Below the pieces are notes generated by a model, which worked only from the letters and a program-made list of their open reading frames with translations, was not told the DNA's origin and made no database searches. This document shows, in pieces, positions 51,966 through 64,000 of a stretch of 64,000 bases of DNA. Position numbers and translations under genes: made by a program. The DNA lies in contig OZ037768.1 in the NCBI GenBank assembly GCA_964035545.1, positions 15,607,875 to 15,671,874 on the forward strand. Reading direction: 5' to 3'. Every line of letters begins with the position of its first letter. Positions within the stretch are counted from its first letter, which is position 1. The stretch is from Bugula neritina. Lineage: Eukaryota; Animalia; Bryozoa.

Positions 51966-53284
51966 ATCTCTTTCATCAGCTACAAACATACACCATATGC
52001 TGCATTTCAAAAGTTCTGGCAATATTTATCTGCTAGTGAAATTCAGAGTTGCCTAAAGAATCCCTAACACACTAAACTTATAAATATTAAAATATGTTTA
52101 CATATATTAGCTTTCGTCTTTATATTGTTTTAAGGTTGCATGTTTAAACAAATTTCTTTTATATTGAATTCTGTGTGCATATGTGCTGAATTGATTTGGG
52201 ATTTCTGATGGCTGGCAGAAGATGCTACCAGTCAGCTTTAATTTTACAGCTATCACAAAACTTGTACTAATTATAGCTAACTTTCATTGCATTCCATTTT
52301 TAGCTGCTGCAACATACAGCCTTATCACTAAGCTGGCTTAAAAGTTCAAAGCATATTGGTTTTATAATATATTTTGTGTATACATGTCTTGATGATTTTG
52401 TTGTTAGTCTCATTGTTAGCACAATTTAGAGCTTACACTTTTGCTCAATCCCTGGTGAATTTTAAATACCATCATCACTATACTTCAATGTTTCCAAAAA
52501 AGTATACTCCAACTTTTTATTCACACGATCATATGGCAAGTTGCCAGCCATGTCTTTGACCAGATAATCAAAATTTGATAACTATCTGGTCGTCCCAACG
52601 CTAGCTGCTTGTCTACCCATTTATTCAAATTGTCCTGGAAAACTGATTAATTATGTGACAGCATAGGTTGTGATGATTTTTTTTCTAATATTGTCAAAAA
52701 AAGAATTTACATGACCTTGCTTGAATTATTGGGCACCATCTATCTTTAAGTCCTTGATACTAATGGTGACAGAGGTCACAGGTTACCAATCTAAAATTTA
52801 TTTTACATTGTTTGCATAGAAATTCTTGAAAGAACATAATTTCTTATGATAACTTTTTAATTCATAACATGGCTTTTCCCTAATTTTTCCATTACTGTAT
52901 TTACCTCTGGATTCCTTACTATTTATTCAATAGTCACTTTCCTCACAGGTTTCAGGTGCCTTATTACACACTGCAACAGGCATTTTTAGTATCCTGGTTT
53001 TATATCACGTGATTGACAGAGATAGATAATTTTAATTAGTATTAAACATTAGTTTCAATTCTATTTACTTATAGATTTTAGCAATATATATACCAATATA
53101 AGTAATTTGTGTAATAAATAAAATAATACTAATATATGTAATCAATAAATAATCATGTTGATATCATTATTATATTTAAACAATTATGGTTAATAATATT
53201 GATCAATATACTAAATATAAAATAATATCACTATGCACCTGAATACGGCGATAAAACTATATGATATCATTCTAATTATTATTA

Positions 53285-53497
53285 CAGTGCTCCCACTATA
53301 TCTCACTAGGCTGTGAGTTCCCAAATCGTGATTAGTGACATAGTATGTAGAATACTATATTTAGCTTACAGATCCATTAAATTCAGCCATTATGTCCCAA
53401 TACATACATACATAAGCCACAAAACGGGAGTCCAAACCCTTCTCGTGACTATGGAGGTTCGTGAGAGCTGGAACCGTGAGATATGGAGGGAGCACTG
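53285..53497. mobile_element. Tc1/mariner-pogo (Tigger-like) MITE
   Basis: ~22-bp TIR CAGTGCTCCC..ATATCTCAC; TA TSD on both sides. Confidence 0.85.
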
Positions 53498-54189
53498 TAT
53501 TATCTATTACAATATAACAACATAGGCCTTCTAACTAAATTTATTACAAATTAAAATATTAGCAGGCTAAACTAAATTGTAACAAAAATATATTATCATT
53601 TTGACATTAATTATAATTACGCCTCTAGTTACAGTATCAGTATGGAGTATGGTAATCAAAATAATAATGTTAAACCTAATGCAGATTATAATCATCATCA
53701 TGATAATTATTATCGCCATACAATGCTATTACTATTACTAAATCTGTTGCTATTACTACTGGTATAACTACAAGTGTTAGTAATATGACTTCGTAAACTT
53801 ATTCAAACTGACTTGAAGTGAAGTGATCATCACATTGGACCACTTTAGATAGAGGAATTAGGGGTGTGCTGCACATGAGTAATATGATCAATACTCATGC
53901 AGTTGGTACTGGTTGGGCTGTATTGACTGAACATTAATTTAATTCTGTCTATGTGGATATCTCTGAATTATTGTCTTGATTGTGACCAATTTTTAGATCC
54001 CATATAGTCTTTGGGAAAAATTGTGAAGGTACTTGGTACTGTTGCCATTCACTGATTAGGCTGACTTTTTGCTTGGGAACGAGTATGGATAGTGCTATTT
54101 ATTGGCTTGCTCAGCAGGTCATCATAAGCGGATCTAGAAGCCATTTGGTGTTCTGCTTTTACAAACATCTTCAGAAGGAGACCAATTAT

Positions 54190-54780
54190 GTACCAGTGAC
54201 ACCTCCATGATAGATTCTATAAATGTAATTAGGCCGGGCTCAGTGATTATTACATCATCGTAGCTAAACTGCTAAACCCACCTTCCCAAGATGTTACCCG
54301 CAAAAATCATAAAGACATTCTCATCCATCGCAAAGCTGATGTTATTAAATTTAGAAACTATACGAACTATGCATGTGAAAAGCTTTCACAGATGGATAAT
54401 GTCCAGCAGATGTGGGATACTTTCTCTGTCGCCTTCAAAGAAGCTATTGAAAGATCTGTACCAAAAAAGACCATAAAAATAAGAAACAGTGGCCAACCAC
54501 CTTAGTTCTCTAAAGAGGCTAAGAAACTTCATGACATGCAGATGTCATTATATAGAAATTTCAAGAGAACAAATAATCCATACTTTTTGCAGAGATACCA
54601 ACAGCAAAGAAGAAACAATAAAAAAGCCTTCAAGTTAATCAAGAAGGAATACATAGTGAACAAAGTCTGTAAGCCTTTGCTAAAAGGAAACAGCAAACCT
54701 TTTTACAAGCATCTGCGACACAAACGGAAGTGCCAACATCCACTTACAAGTAATAAAATCAAAAACGGTAATATAACTAC
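54190..54780 (+). mobile_element. Non-LTR (LINE) ORF2 fragment: end of the APE endonuclease and linker
   Basis: PGLSDY.II (SDH-like), QQMWDTF..AIERSVPKK, PP(W>*)FSK and NSKPFYKH linker motifs; frameshifted. Confidence 0.7.
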
Positions 54781-56730
54781 ATTTAATCATCTTCTAGGTT
54801 AACAGATTTGTTCTTTTGGGGTATATTTCTTTGACATGGCTAGTGGAAGCTTATTTTAAAACCAATTTAACATACTCTTTTTGGGTGTGTTTTATTGTGT
54901 GTAAGGAGGTGTGGTGGTATCTCCTTATGGATTAGACTAGTACTCTAATAAACTCCAAATAGGTTTCCAATCAATTTCTGCTTGCCAATGAGTTATCATT
55001 TCAAATTGTTCTTTATAAATAACCAACACACATATTTTTCTGATTTGTAATCTTCCTCTGTTCTGATATATTATTATTTTTCTGTGCACATCAGTGTATT
55101 AGTTCTTAAAGGTTGCATTTGGAGAGCACTTGTTACATGCCTCTATCCTTCCATCTTTTTGAGATCTTCAGCAGTTTTCTTGTACAGGTTAGACTTAGTG
55201 TCAGAACAAACCTAACTGCAGTTGAGTAAGACTACATTTAAAATTACAGTCAACAGGTATGGGACAATATAGTTTGCAGCAATGCCCAGTCGTCATGTAG
55301 CTGGTATGGTATGAAAATAGTAGCGAGGTGCATATTTCAACACAGATTTTTTTCAGAAGAATTGTAATTCACAATGGCTTTAAATTGCATAAATTTGCAT
55401 CAGAAGCGATCTACTAATACTAATAGACTAATAGTATTACAATTAATAATACTAATACTTTTACTTTAACTTTAATTTAGTCTTATACTTAGAGTACGTA
55501 ATAGTATTAGTTATAGTATTAGCGTATTACTACCACTATTACTATTAGTAATAGTAATAGTAACACACTAAATCTAATACTATAACTAATAGTTAGTATA
55601 ACTATAACTTGTAGTTGAGTTAACGTTACAGTAAAAGTAAAACTAAAAGTATATTAAATTATTAATATTATAATATTAATCAATATTATTATATTTAATT
55701 TTATCATTACTAATATTATTTATTAAATTATTATTATCAAATTCAACACACCTACTCTAAGTCTTACAGTTACACACTAACTTACAGTTACGGACTACAG
55801 TACTCAGTACTGTCTGAGCACCGAGTACTGAACTTTACCTTATACTTATAGTTATACTTATACTTATAGTTAATGTTATTAATATTATAATAATAATTTA
55901 AATTATTTTAATTCATTAAATTGATATAATTATAGGACAGGTAGTTAACATGACAAATTGAGTTCAAATCATTATTTTAATATTTGATTTGTTGTAATTA
56001 TAAGATTAAGCATTGGTATGACTATATGAAAGATATGAGTATATTTATAATGTGTAATTAAATTTAATTCTGATTGTATAACTTCTAATAAACATTATCG
56101 GATTATATTTACAAAAACGATTAGTGGAAACGCTACAAATACCTAAAAGAACGTTAACCCGCATCGGACTCTTGCGATGTAATACAACTCTGATAGTTCC
56201 AACAATGTTCTCTGCAAAAAATACTCACAAGTCACAATGTAGTCATAAGTGAGAACCTAATCTATAAGCTCAATTCTAAAGATATAATCAGTATAGCCGT
56301 CAGCTATTAAATAGTATTTGTAAATTGCTAATTCTGAAATTTCAGGTCTTGGTAATCAAGCTACACTATGAAAGTACATATCATCGAACTCGATAATATC
56401 TTTTCCAGCTCAGTGGTATATATTATATTAAAGATGGTTTGGCAACCCTATTGCTGTATTGATGCGCACTAACTTGAGTTTGCTGTTGATGGCTATTACC
56501 TACAATAATAAACTTTTCATTTAGTGATAATCATCATGTAATGTAAGGGTAAATATAATTAGCATAAGTTTTACTATTGTTTATTAAATTATTTTTATAA
56601 TGCTGTTGTTGCAGTGTATTTTCATCAAACGTTCAAGCTATCACTATGTTTACTAAAATATTGTAGTAGCAAAATGAAAAGCATTGGAGTTAGTTGATTT
56701 TGCTGCAACCCTTTCCATTGAAACCTTTAA

Positions 56731-57478
56731 AGGATTGCTCTATCTTGTCTAATAAATGGCCATTTAGGTCAAACACACATAGTATTGTGTTTTTCTAAGC
56801 ATGCATTGACAAAAAGCATTTGTCCAAAGGTAGAAAAAGTTAATTGAAGTTGAAGGTGTAGATTGGTAACAGCCAAAACGCCGATTTTGAAATGAGCTGG
56901 GAAATGTGACGTAACAGCGCCAGCATTCCTGCTGGTCACGTGACTATACAAATGAATAACTATAGAAATATGACTGTGAGATGTGATCTTTCAGCTCGTA
57001 ATTTGTATATTTATAAAAGTGCAAATGTGAATTATCTCAATCTATAGTTTTTTGACATGTTAAATAACATGTATGTGATAACATTAGGCTATATTTTGCT
57101 TGTAAACATAGAAAAAAGCATTGCAAAAACATGCATTCTTTAGGATGAATGCCTGCGATCGATCTAAACTAGGTCAGATTGTGCAATATTACGGGCACAC
57201 CAAAGCTGACCTATATAGCGCACTGTAACTGCTTGAGCTCAGCAACCTTGAATACTAGCGTTATAGTTAGCACGTGCAGCATAATTACTAGCGTTCACAC
57301 GTCACGTATTAGGCTATTCTTTTTCATGGCTGAAAATTTTACCTCCCTCAAAATTGGAATTTTGAAAAGCTGTTTTCTAGGCATATATCCCTTTGCAAAG
57401 TCACAATTGTTTGCATACACATTAGATTATAGTTCATAATTATAATGTGATTGTAATAAACTAAGATAGAGCAATCCT
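56731..57478. mobile_element. Kolobok-type non-autonomous transposon (copy 2, no LTR insert)
   Basis: TTAA|AGGATTGCTCTATCTT...AAGATAGAGCAATCCT|TTAA; 748 bp. Confidence 0.9.
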
Positions 57479-58092
57479 TTAAGTTAAGAGACGTGATCTT
57501 CAAACGAATTTCCAGTGTTTATGCTTCCTTTAAGAAAGCCAACATCTTACCGTAGATAAATTCTATTTACAAAAAACATGTTTGCTTAAAAATCGGCATT
57601 GTATAGATATATTTTAAAATACAGAAGTACGAGGGCTAAGAAGTACAGCTAAAAGTTGAAACAGAAATGTATTATAACGTATAGTTAAAAGAAAATTGTT
57701 TAATCTACTGTATTTGTTCACGGTTTTTATATACAAAAAGCCCTATTGTATACAGAGTTCAATATCAAATTAAAATATAGGAGATGTTTTTATTCAACAC
57801 ATAACCTTAAACTTTGGGAACTTAGTGTTGACCATATTAATTGTATAGTCTATGCTGTGGAGTGCACATAATATGTTGCTTGTGTTGTGTGTCAAATGTC
57901 TGTTGCAAGTCTGTTGGGGCTATTTGGACTTTGCAAGTTTTAGATTAAATTTAAGCATGTTGCAGATATTATACATTATTATTAAAGATCAAAGTTACAA
58001 TAGAACAAAAATCATTAAACTTTGTTTGGTTTAGGTTGCTTTTTTAGTATTATTCATAATACACACACGCACACGCACACACGCACACACAA

Positions 58093-58123
<31 letters not shown>

Positions 58124-58256
58124 GCAATGCTCGTGACTTCTAGGTGACCCCTAGAGTCACTTGAGCACTCTGGCTTGGGTTTACACACCTTTTAAATATG
58201 CTTTAGTAAAACTATAAGTTTCTACTATTGCGAAGGTGTGGGCCATGGTACTCTGT

Positions 58257-58303
58257 TCTGTGCTGATGAGGGGACAAATCCCGAAACAGCTGCTGTCCAC
58301 AGA
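58257..58303 (+). ncRNA. Hammerhead ribozyme, family 3 (complete consensus core)
   Basis: TCTGTG-CTGATGA-GGGGA(caaa)TCCC-GAAA-CAG(ctg)CTG-TC-CACAGA; GUC cleavage triplet; 6-bp stem I. Confidence 0.88.
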
Positions 58304-59154
58304 TTGAGATATATATATATATATATATATATATACTGAAAAAGCTACAAAATCTAGTAAAGTTTAATAATGTTTCTATTACAACTTTTATCTTTTTTAA
58401 AAAACTATGCTCTGTAAGTACGTCTCCTCCTATTTCCCTGTGGCCTTCGCGGCTTGCAATATTTGATTGCAAACTTTTTATATAGCAGTATAGATATTAA
58501 CTTGTAAATATCGTTTTGAGAAGTATGTTGTGCGAATATGCTTTTCAATTTATATGACATTAGGTTAGCTCAGTAAGCATGATTACACCTGAGGCACTAA
58601 AATACCATGACATTTTGCACACTGGCATCTTTTCATACCATCAAATTGCGCAGCAACAAAGGAAGTAGTGCAGTTTTAAGCTTGGCTTCAGTATTCATCT
58701 TTTACTTGTTATTTTGAGCGCTTTTGTATTATTTCAGGAAACAGTCTCCATGTTTAAATAATGTGTGCTGTATATTTTATATATATATATGGAGTGAAAA
58801 TATTTTTTATTTTCCAATATAATGTATTATATATATGATTATTATAAGATTATGCACGTATATATGCAATGCTATGTATAATTTTAATACACATCAATGA
58901 AAAGTCTCTACTCATGGTAGATATATAAGAGATCCACAGATACATTCAGTGTTATTTTCGTTAATTTATATACACAAACAATGATCTATTATCAAAAATT
59001 ATATTATAATATTATTTCACTTAAATACTATTTATTTTGCAATACAGTGTATTGTAATACTGATTTAATAAAAAAAGCACAATATTTTACCATTTTAACT
59101 TCTGTATTCCTTCTTGTTAATAAGTAAATAAGTTTGAATATCCATATTTTGAAT

Positions 59155-59245
<91 letters not shown>

Positions 59246-59248
59246 CAA

Positions 59249-59295
59249 TCTGTGGACAGCAGTTGTTTCGGGGTTTGTCCCCTAATCAGCACAGA
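59249..59295 (-). ncRNA. Hammerhead ribozyme, family 3 (degenerate, CTGATTA)
   Basis: Inverted copy of 58257-58303 within the ~115-bp repeat 59242-59357; G8>U and a stem III mismatch. Confidence 0.7.
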
Positions 59296-59352
59296 ACAGA
59301 GTACTATGGCCCACACCTTCGCAATAGTAGAAACTTATGTTTCTACTAAAGC

Positions 59353-59392
<40 letters not shown>

Positions 59393-60560
59393 GTAAATTT
59401 ATATGTAAATTTTTATATAAAAAAACCTTGCAGCATCACATCTTTATATAAAATTTCAGCTATTTCAATACACATGTCTTTATACATACCCAAAGGTACT
59501 CAATTCACACTAAAAGCTTATTTGCAAATTCGAATATAATAATTTATTGAGCCTACAATCAGTGATTTTTGTTGTCTAAATCATTGACCAGCATGCCACA
59601 TTGCAATAGCATTGACCTAGAGAACAACTGTTATGTTTTGTTTCCTGTCTGAGACGAAAGTTTACTGTCAACAGATTTCTAAAGCTTGAAAAGAGCACAA
59701 TTGACCTCCTCCGAGATGACCGGATTGTGGTATAAAGCAAAAGTCTGTGGGAATAATTTTTACAAACAGCAGCTGCTTCTAACACATTATTTATTTTATA
59801 AGAAGTATAGAATATCTGCCAACCCATTGTACTGAAATATCTGAAGAGGAAGCATTTGACGGCTCATGTCTCAAAGAAAAATGTTACTTAAGATTCTCAT
59901 GGGTATTTATCCAGCTTCTACTTATGCTTGCTGTAGCAAAAAGAGTCATTAAATGATTTCAAACTCATATTGCATTTCTGTAAAATGATAAAAAGTAATA
60001 AAAATTTTAAGATTTGCATTAAATAACAAAATATGTTTAGGTTAGTACGATGAAGCGAAAAAGACTAACAAAACATTATTAGTTAATCGCTTTTAACATG
60101 TTGACATTGCGAAAATGCAGAAATGCAGAAGCTCCCAATATGATTTTTAGTGAAGTCTATTAATATAATCATCTAACTTTTTCAGTTTTGTTTAATTATA
60201 GTCACAAAGTTGACTAAAACATTATTTATGTGAAACTAAAATAAATAAATAAGCTAATTTTATTTAACAAATTGCAATGTGTGTTTTATGGCAAAAAAGA
60301 AAAACACTACTTTGGAGTTTTTGTTTTTATATCTTTAACGGGTATAAATATAATCAGCTCTGCAGGGGATCAATCAAAATTTGAAAAAATATAGGCTACT
60401 TTTAGACTATATTAATCTTGTATTTAGCTCATTTCTTTCACTTTCAGTGACCTAGGGCTATAAATACAGCAGCATTGTTAATGCTTTTTTGTTTAAATGG
60501 ATAAGAATATATACAGCACTGAACAATCAAGTTTTATTTAAACAACTATTTGTTTTTTAA

Positions 60561-60780
60561 GCAGTCGTGGTCTAGGGGTTAGAGTGTTTGCTTAGTGAAC
60601 AGGAAGCCATGGGTTCGAACTCCGACAAAGGCCATTGGTGATGTTAGGAAGAGCACCTAGTCATAATTGCTCCTGTGCCTCATCTGAACAGGTCCTTAGC
60701 CCGTTCTAACAAAAACCCTTTTTATCAGGGGCTTTGTCACAGACAAAGTGCCTATAAACCTGCGGGAGTTCTTTTTTTTT
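60561..60780 (+). mobile_element. tRNA-derived SINE
   Basis: A box TGGTCTAGGGGTT; B box GGTTCGAACTCC; non-tRNA body; T-rich 3' end; no acceptor stem. Confidence 0.7.
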
Positions 60781-61718
60781 ACTTTTTAAGTTACTGTCTA
60801 TCAGGGATGTGGCCAAATCATTGAAACGTGCATTTTTTGATGCTTTACATTTTTAAAGTGAAGTGTTCTGCTAAAATAAAAAAGCTGCAGTTGCATACTC
60901 ATATATACAGTTTTATTTTAATATTGAATACAATAACCGCACCAAATAGCTCCGATGATTAGTTGCTATGTTGTGTAAGTGTGTTTACATAGTACAGCTG
61001 TTGTTGGTCATGTGCACAGTGACTGCTGTGTATAGCATACAGCCACTGTGTCTGTTATCACTGAGTCAGTTTAATCAATGATATAATATACATTATGCTC
61101 AAGGAACAACATGGTGTTTCTTAGTTAACTTGTATCCTTGCTTATGATTTGATTTTCAAATAATGAAAGCACGTAATTATAGTCTCAGAAATAAAAAGTG
61201 AACGGTGGCGATATAAGTAAGCTCTGCCATTCTGTTACAATAGAAACAAGACTCATCCTTGCCAAAGTTATATCTGCTTATGAACTCTTTATCCAGTTCA
61301 ACCTCCTGGCTACTATGGTTATTTTACAAGTACTTTTCAGAATAAAAATGGGGTTCTAATCTGTATAGCAGAGAATGTATGTTATATAACAAACCATCAC
61401 TGTATATATACCAGCTATAAGCAAAATTATTAGTAATTATTGTTAACAATTAGTAGGTGAAACGCAAACCAGAATTTTTATAGATTAATGAAAGAAAGCA
61501 TTTCATAATTTTTAGTTTACTAAGTGGAATTAGCACATATCTTGCTATGTAGCTTGATTGTGAAATATGTGAAGATTTTTACAACAATTTCCAATAGTTT
61601 AGAATATTTTTCTCAGTATTGTTTGAAAAGGTAGATTTGAAGTTTAACTGTATAGGGCTCAAATCTAAGTTATTAAATTAGATTAACGACAGTTTTATTA
61701 AATGTAGTAAGAACTATA

Positions 61719-62066
<348 letters not shown>

Positions 62067-64000
62067 TATGTTTTATGTATAATACATATTGTTATTCAGA
62101 TTATTATAGAGAAAAAAGCATTTTAAATTTTGTCTGTATATAAGTCAAGCAGGATTCTGATATTATGTAAACTACTAACTGAACAATGCATTTAACAAAC
62201 TTTTTCGGTTATTTTATCCAATATTGGAAATTTTACTTTTATGTCAGCTAAATGACCTGGTAAGCTACTATGCGAAGTTGGGCATTGTTTTGTTTTAGGT
62301 ATTGACATGTTTTAGCTTTATTTTCATATTTTCAAACACTCTTTTTTAATTAATCATATTTTCCAAAATACATATACTATATGTGAACTTTGCAAAGCAA
62401 CATTTTAAAAGAAGGTAAAGTTGAAGAATAGAGTTAGACATAGAGTAGACAACTATGGTAATTCGTACAATAGCATTTTTGTAATTAAACTATTTTCCTA
62501 ATTGTTGCTGGTAGACTTCCTTAGGCATAAAGCTAGTTGAAGGGAAGCTAGGGTGTGTCAGCCACACACTAACTTGTAAATAATTGAACTAGTACATCAA
62601 ATACTTCAACACTTTTCACTTGACTATTTAAATTTATGGTAATCCCTTCCTTTAAAATATTTGAAATTTCCTTTTACATTAGCAACATAGGGACATTGCG
62701 TGATACACTATTAATATAGAAATAATATAGAAACCACTTGTACTCGGTTTTGTTGGGGCTGTTTTATAACTTTTGCTTTAAAAATATAAAGTTTGTATGT
62801 AGTAGTTTCAGCTTAAACAATTTTGTAGCAATCCAAAATATGCCTTATAGTACAACTCATTTCTAGCAGCAACCAATCAATTAACAAAACATCATGATAT
62901 TATATAATATATCTAAAAGCATTACAGTCTACAACCGTGCTCTTCAACACAACACCAATTTGCCATTTGACTTATAAATATGCAATTTGCATGGAGGAGC
63001 TTGTTTGCTTGACACACAGGAGCAGTGGTTGAAATTAGTTACTGCGTTTGTATATTTACAATTGTGTTCATAAGGGACTCTTGCTCACTATTTGCTCCAT
63101 AAAATTACAATTATGTTATGTCAATGTTTTAGTTGCTTTGTATTGAAGAGTATTATTTATACAATAGAAAGTAAAAGGAAAATTAATTAAATTGACTAGA
63201 GTAGAAATGTTTGTTAAACGTCATAGGTGTCTCATAGGAAATAAAAATTGTGTTGAGCAGCTAACAACTTTTCAGCTACAGTGATTTAGGCCTAAACTTA
63301 CTGAATTGTTTCTGGATAAGCATAGCTGGTGTTTTAAAACTATAATATATAAGCTGTTGCTATAATGTTAAGAATAGTAATAGTGCAGGTGTAATCTGTA
63401 TCAATGTTTTCATAAATGAAAAAGTTTAGATTGCAAAGTCATCTTAAAATATTGTGTATATACAAAGATGTTTCTAACACGTGGAGTAAAATTTTAAGAA
63501 TTTTCTAAAACAAAGTCAATTTTTTTAAATCAATTTGTAGAAGCTACTAAATTCGAAATAATGAAATTCAATAACTTTCATATTATTTCTGACTCTTTTG
63601 CACTTTTTACTTGCATATGCAATAAAATTTATTTATTATATGATTGAAAGTAACAGGATGGTTATTTTCTATTTTAATTGTATATAATATAGAGGTTTGG
63701 GCCTAGCTTAAAGTATAACTGTTGTCTAAAGTTATTTGCAAACTATGGTAGTAACTTTTTATGAAGCAATTTTAATGTGAATAATGTGTAGCAAAAAATT
63801 AATTACACTCTCAAAGCCCTTAGTTATAATTATTTTCTTAAACTATGATTGCAAAATATCATGAAGAAAGGAATTCGAAGTATTATGTCATTGAGTATAG
63901 TAACATAATTTATTATGTCAATGCAGAATTACCAGTAGCAACAATCGTTTATAATAAAAATATTCATTTTAACATATCCTGTTGACATGATCTTATTGCC

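Noticed and set aside
55780-56450. ADAT1 promoter or 5' UTR exon, or a divergent gene start
   Set aside because: Only isolated splice-like motifs; cannot be supported without transcript data
59576-59980. Possible exon of a neighbouring gene
   Set aside because: No recognisable protein motif and no consistent splice and frame solution
60561-60635. tRNA gene
   Set aside because: No acceptor stem or full cloverleaf, and it continues into a SINE-like body

Overview
AT-rich eukaryotic (animal-type, spliceosomal introns) genomic DNA. One host gene can be rebuilt by hand: a 9-exon ADAT1 (tRNA-Ala A37 deaminase) on the minus strand. Its CDS spans 8852-51965, totals 1434 nt / 477 aa, and has all GT-AG junctions in phase. 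The introns and flanks are packed with transposable elements: several Gypsy LTR retrotransposons (one full-length with LTRs, PBS and TSD; a conserved -1 frameshift signal in three copies), three Academ(X)-type DNA transposons, a Buster/Charlie hAT, Kolobok, Harbinger and Tc1/pogo MITEs, two Penelope-like elements, a LINE fragment, a tRNA-derived SINE and a 2-kb perfect (CACACG)n array. Highlights: (1) a five-level nested insertion in intron 4 with every TSD readable; (2) inside it, an LTR element whose only coding content is a Gag-protease ORF that becomes intact once two MITEs are removed, followed by a His-Gly octapeptide-like repeat and a triplicated PPT/att end; (3) five minimal type-I hammerhead ribozyme motifs of three families, each at the end of a short unit abutting (TA)n, two families as tail-to-tail inverted pairs. 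All calls were made by eye; no database searches were run.
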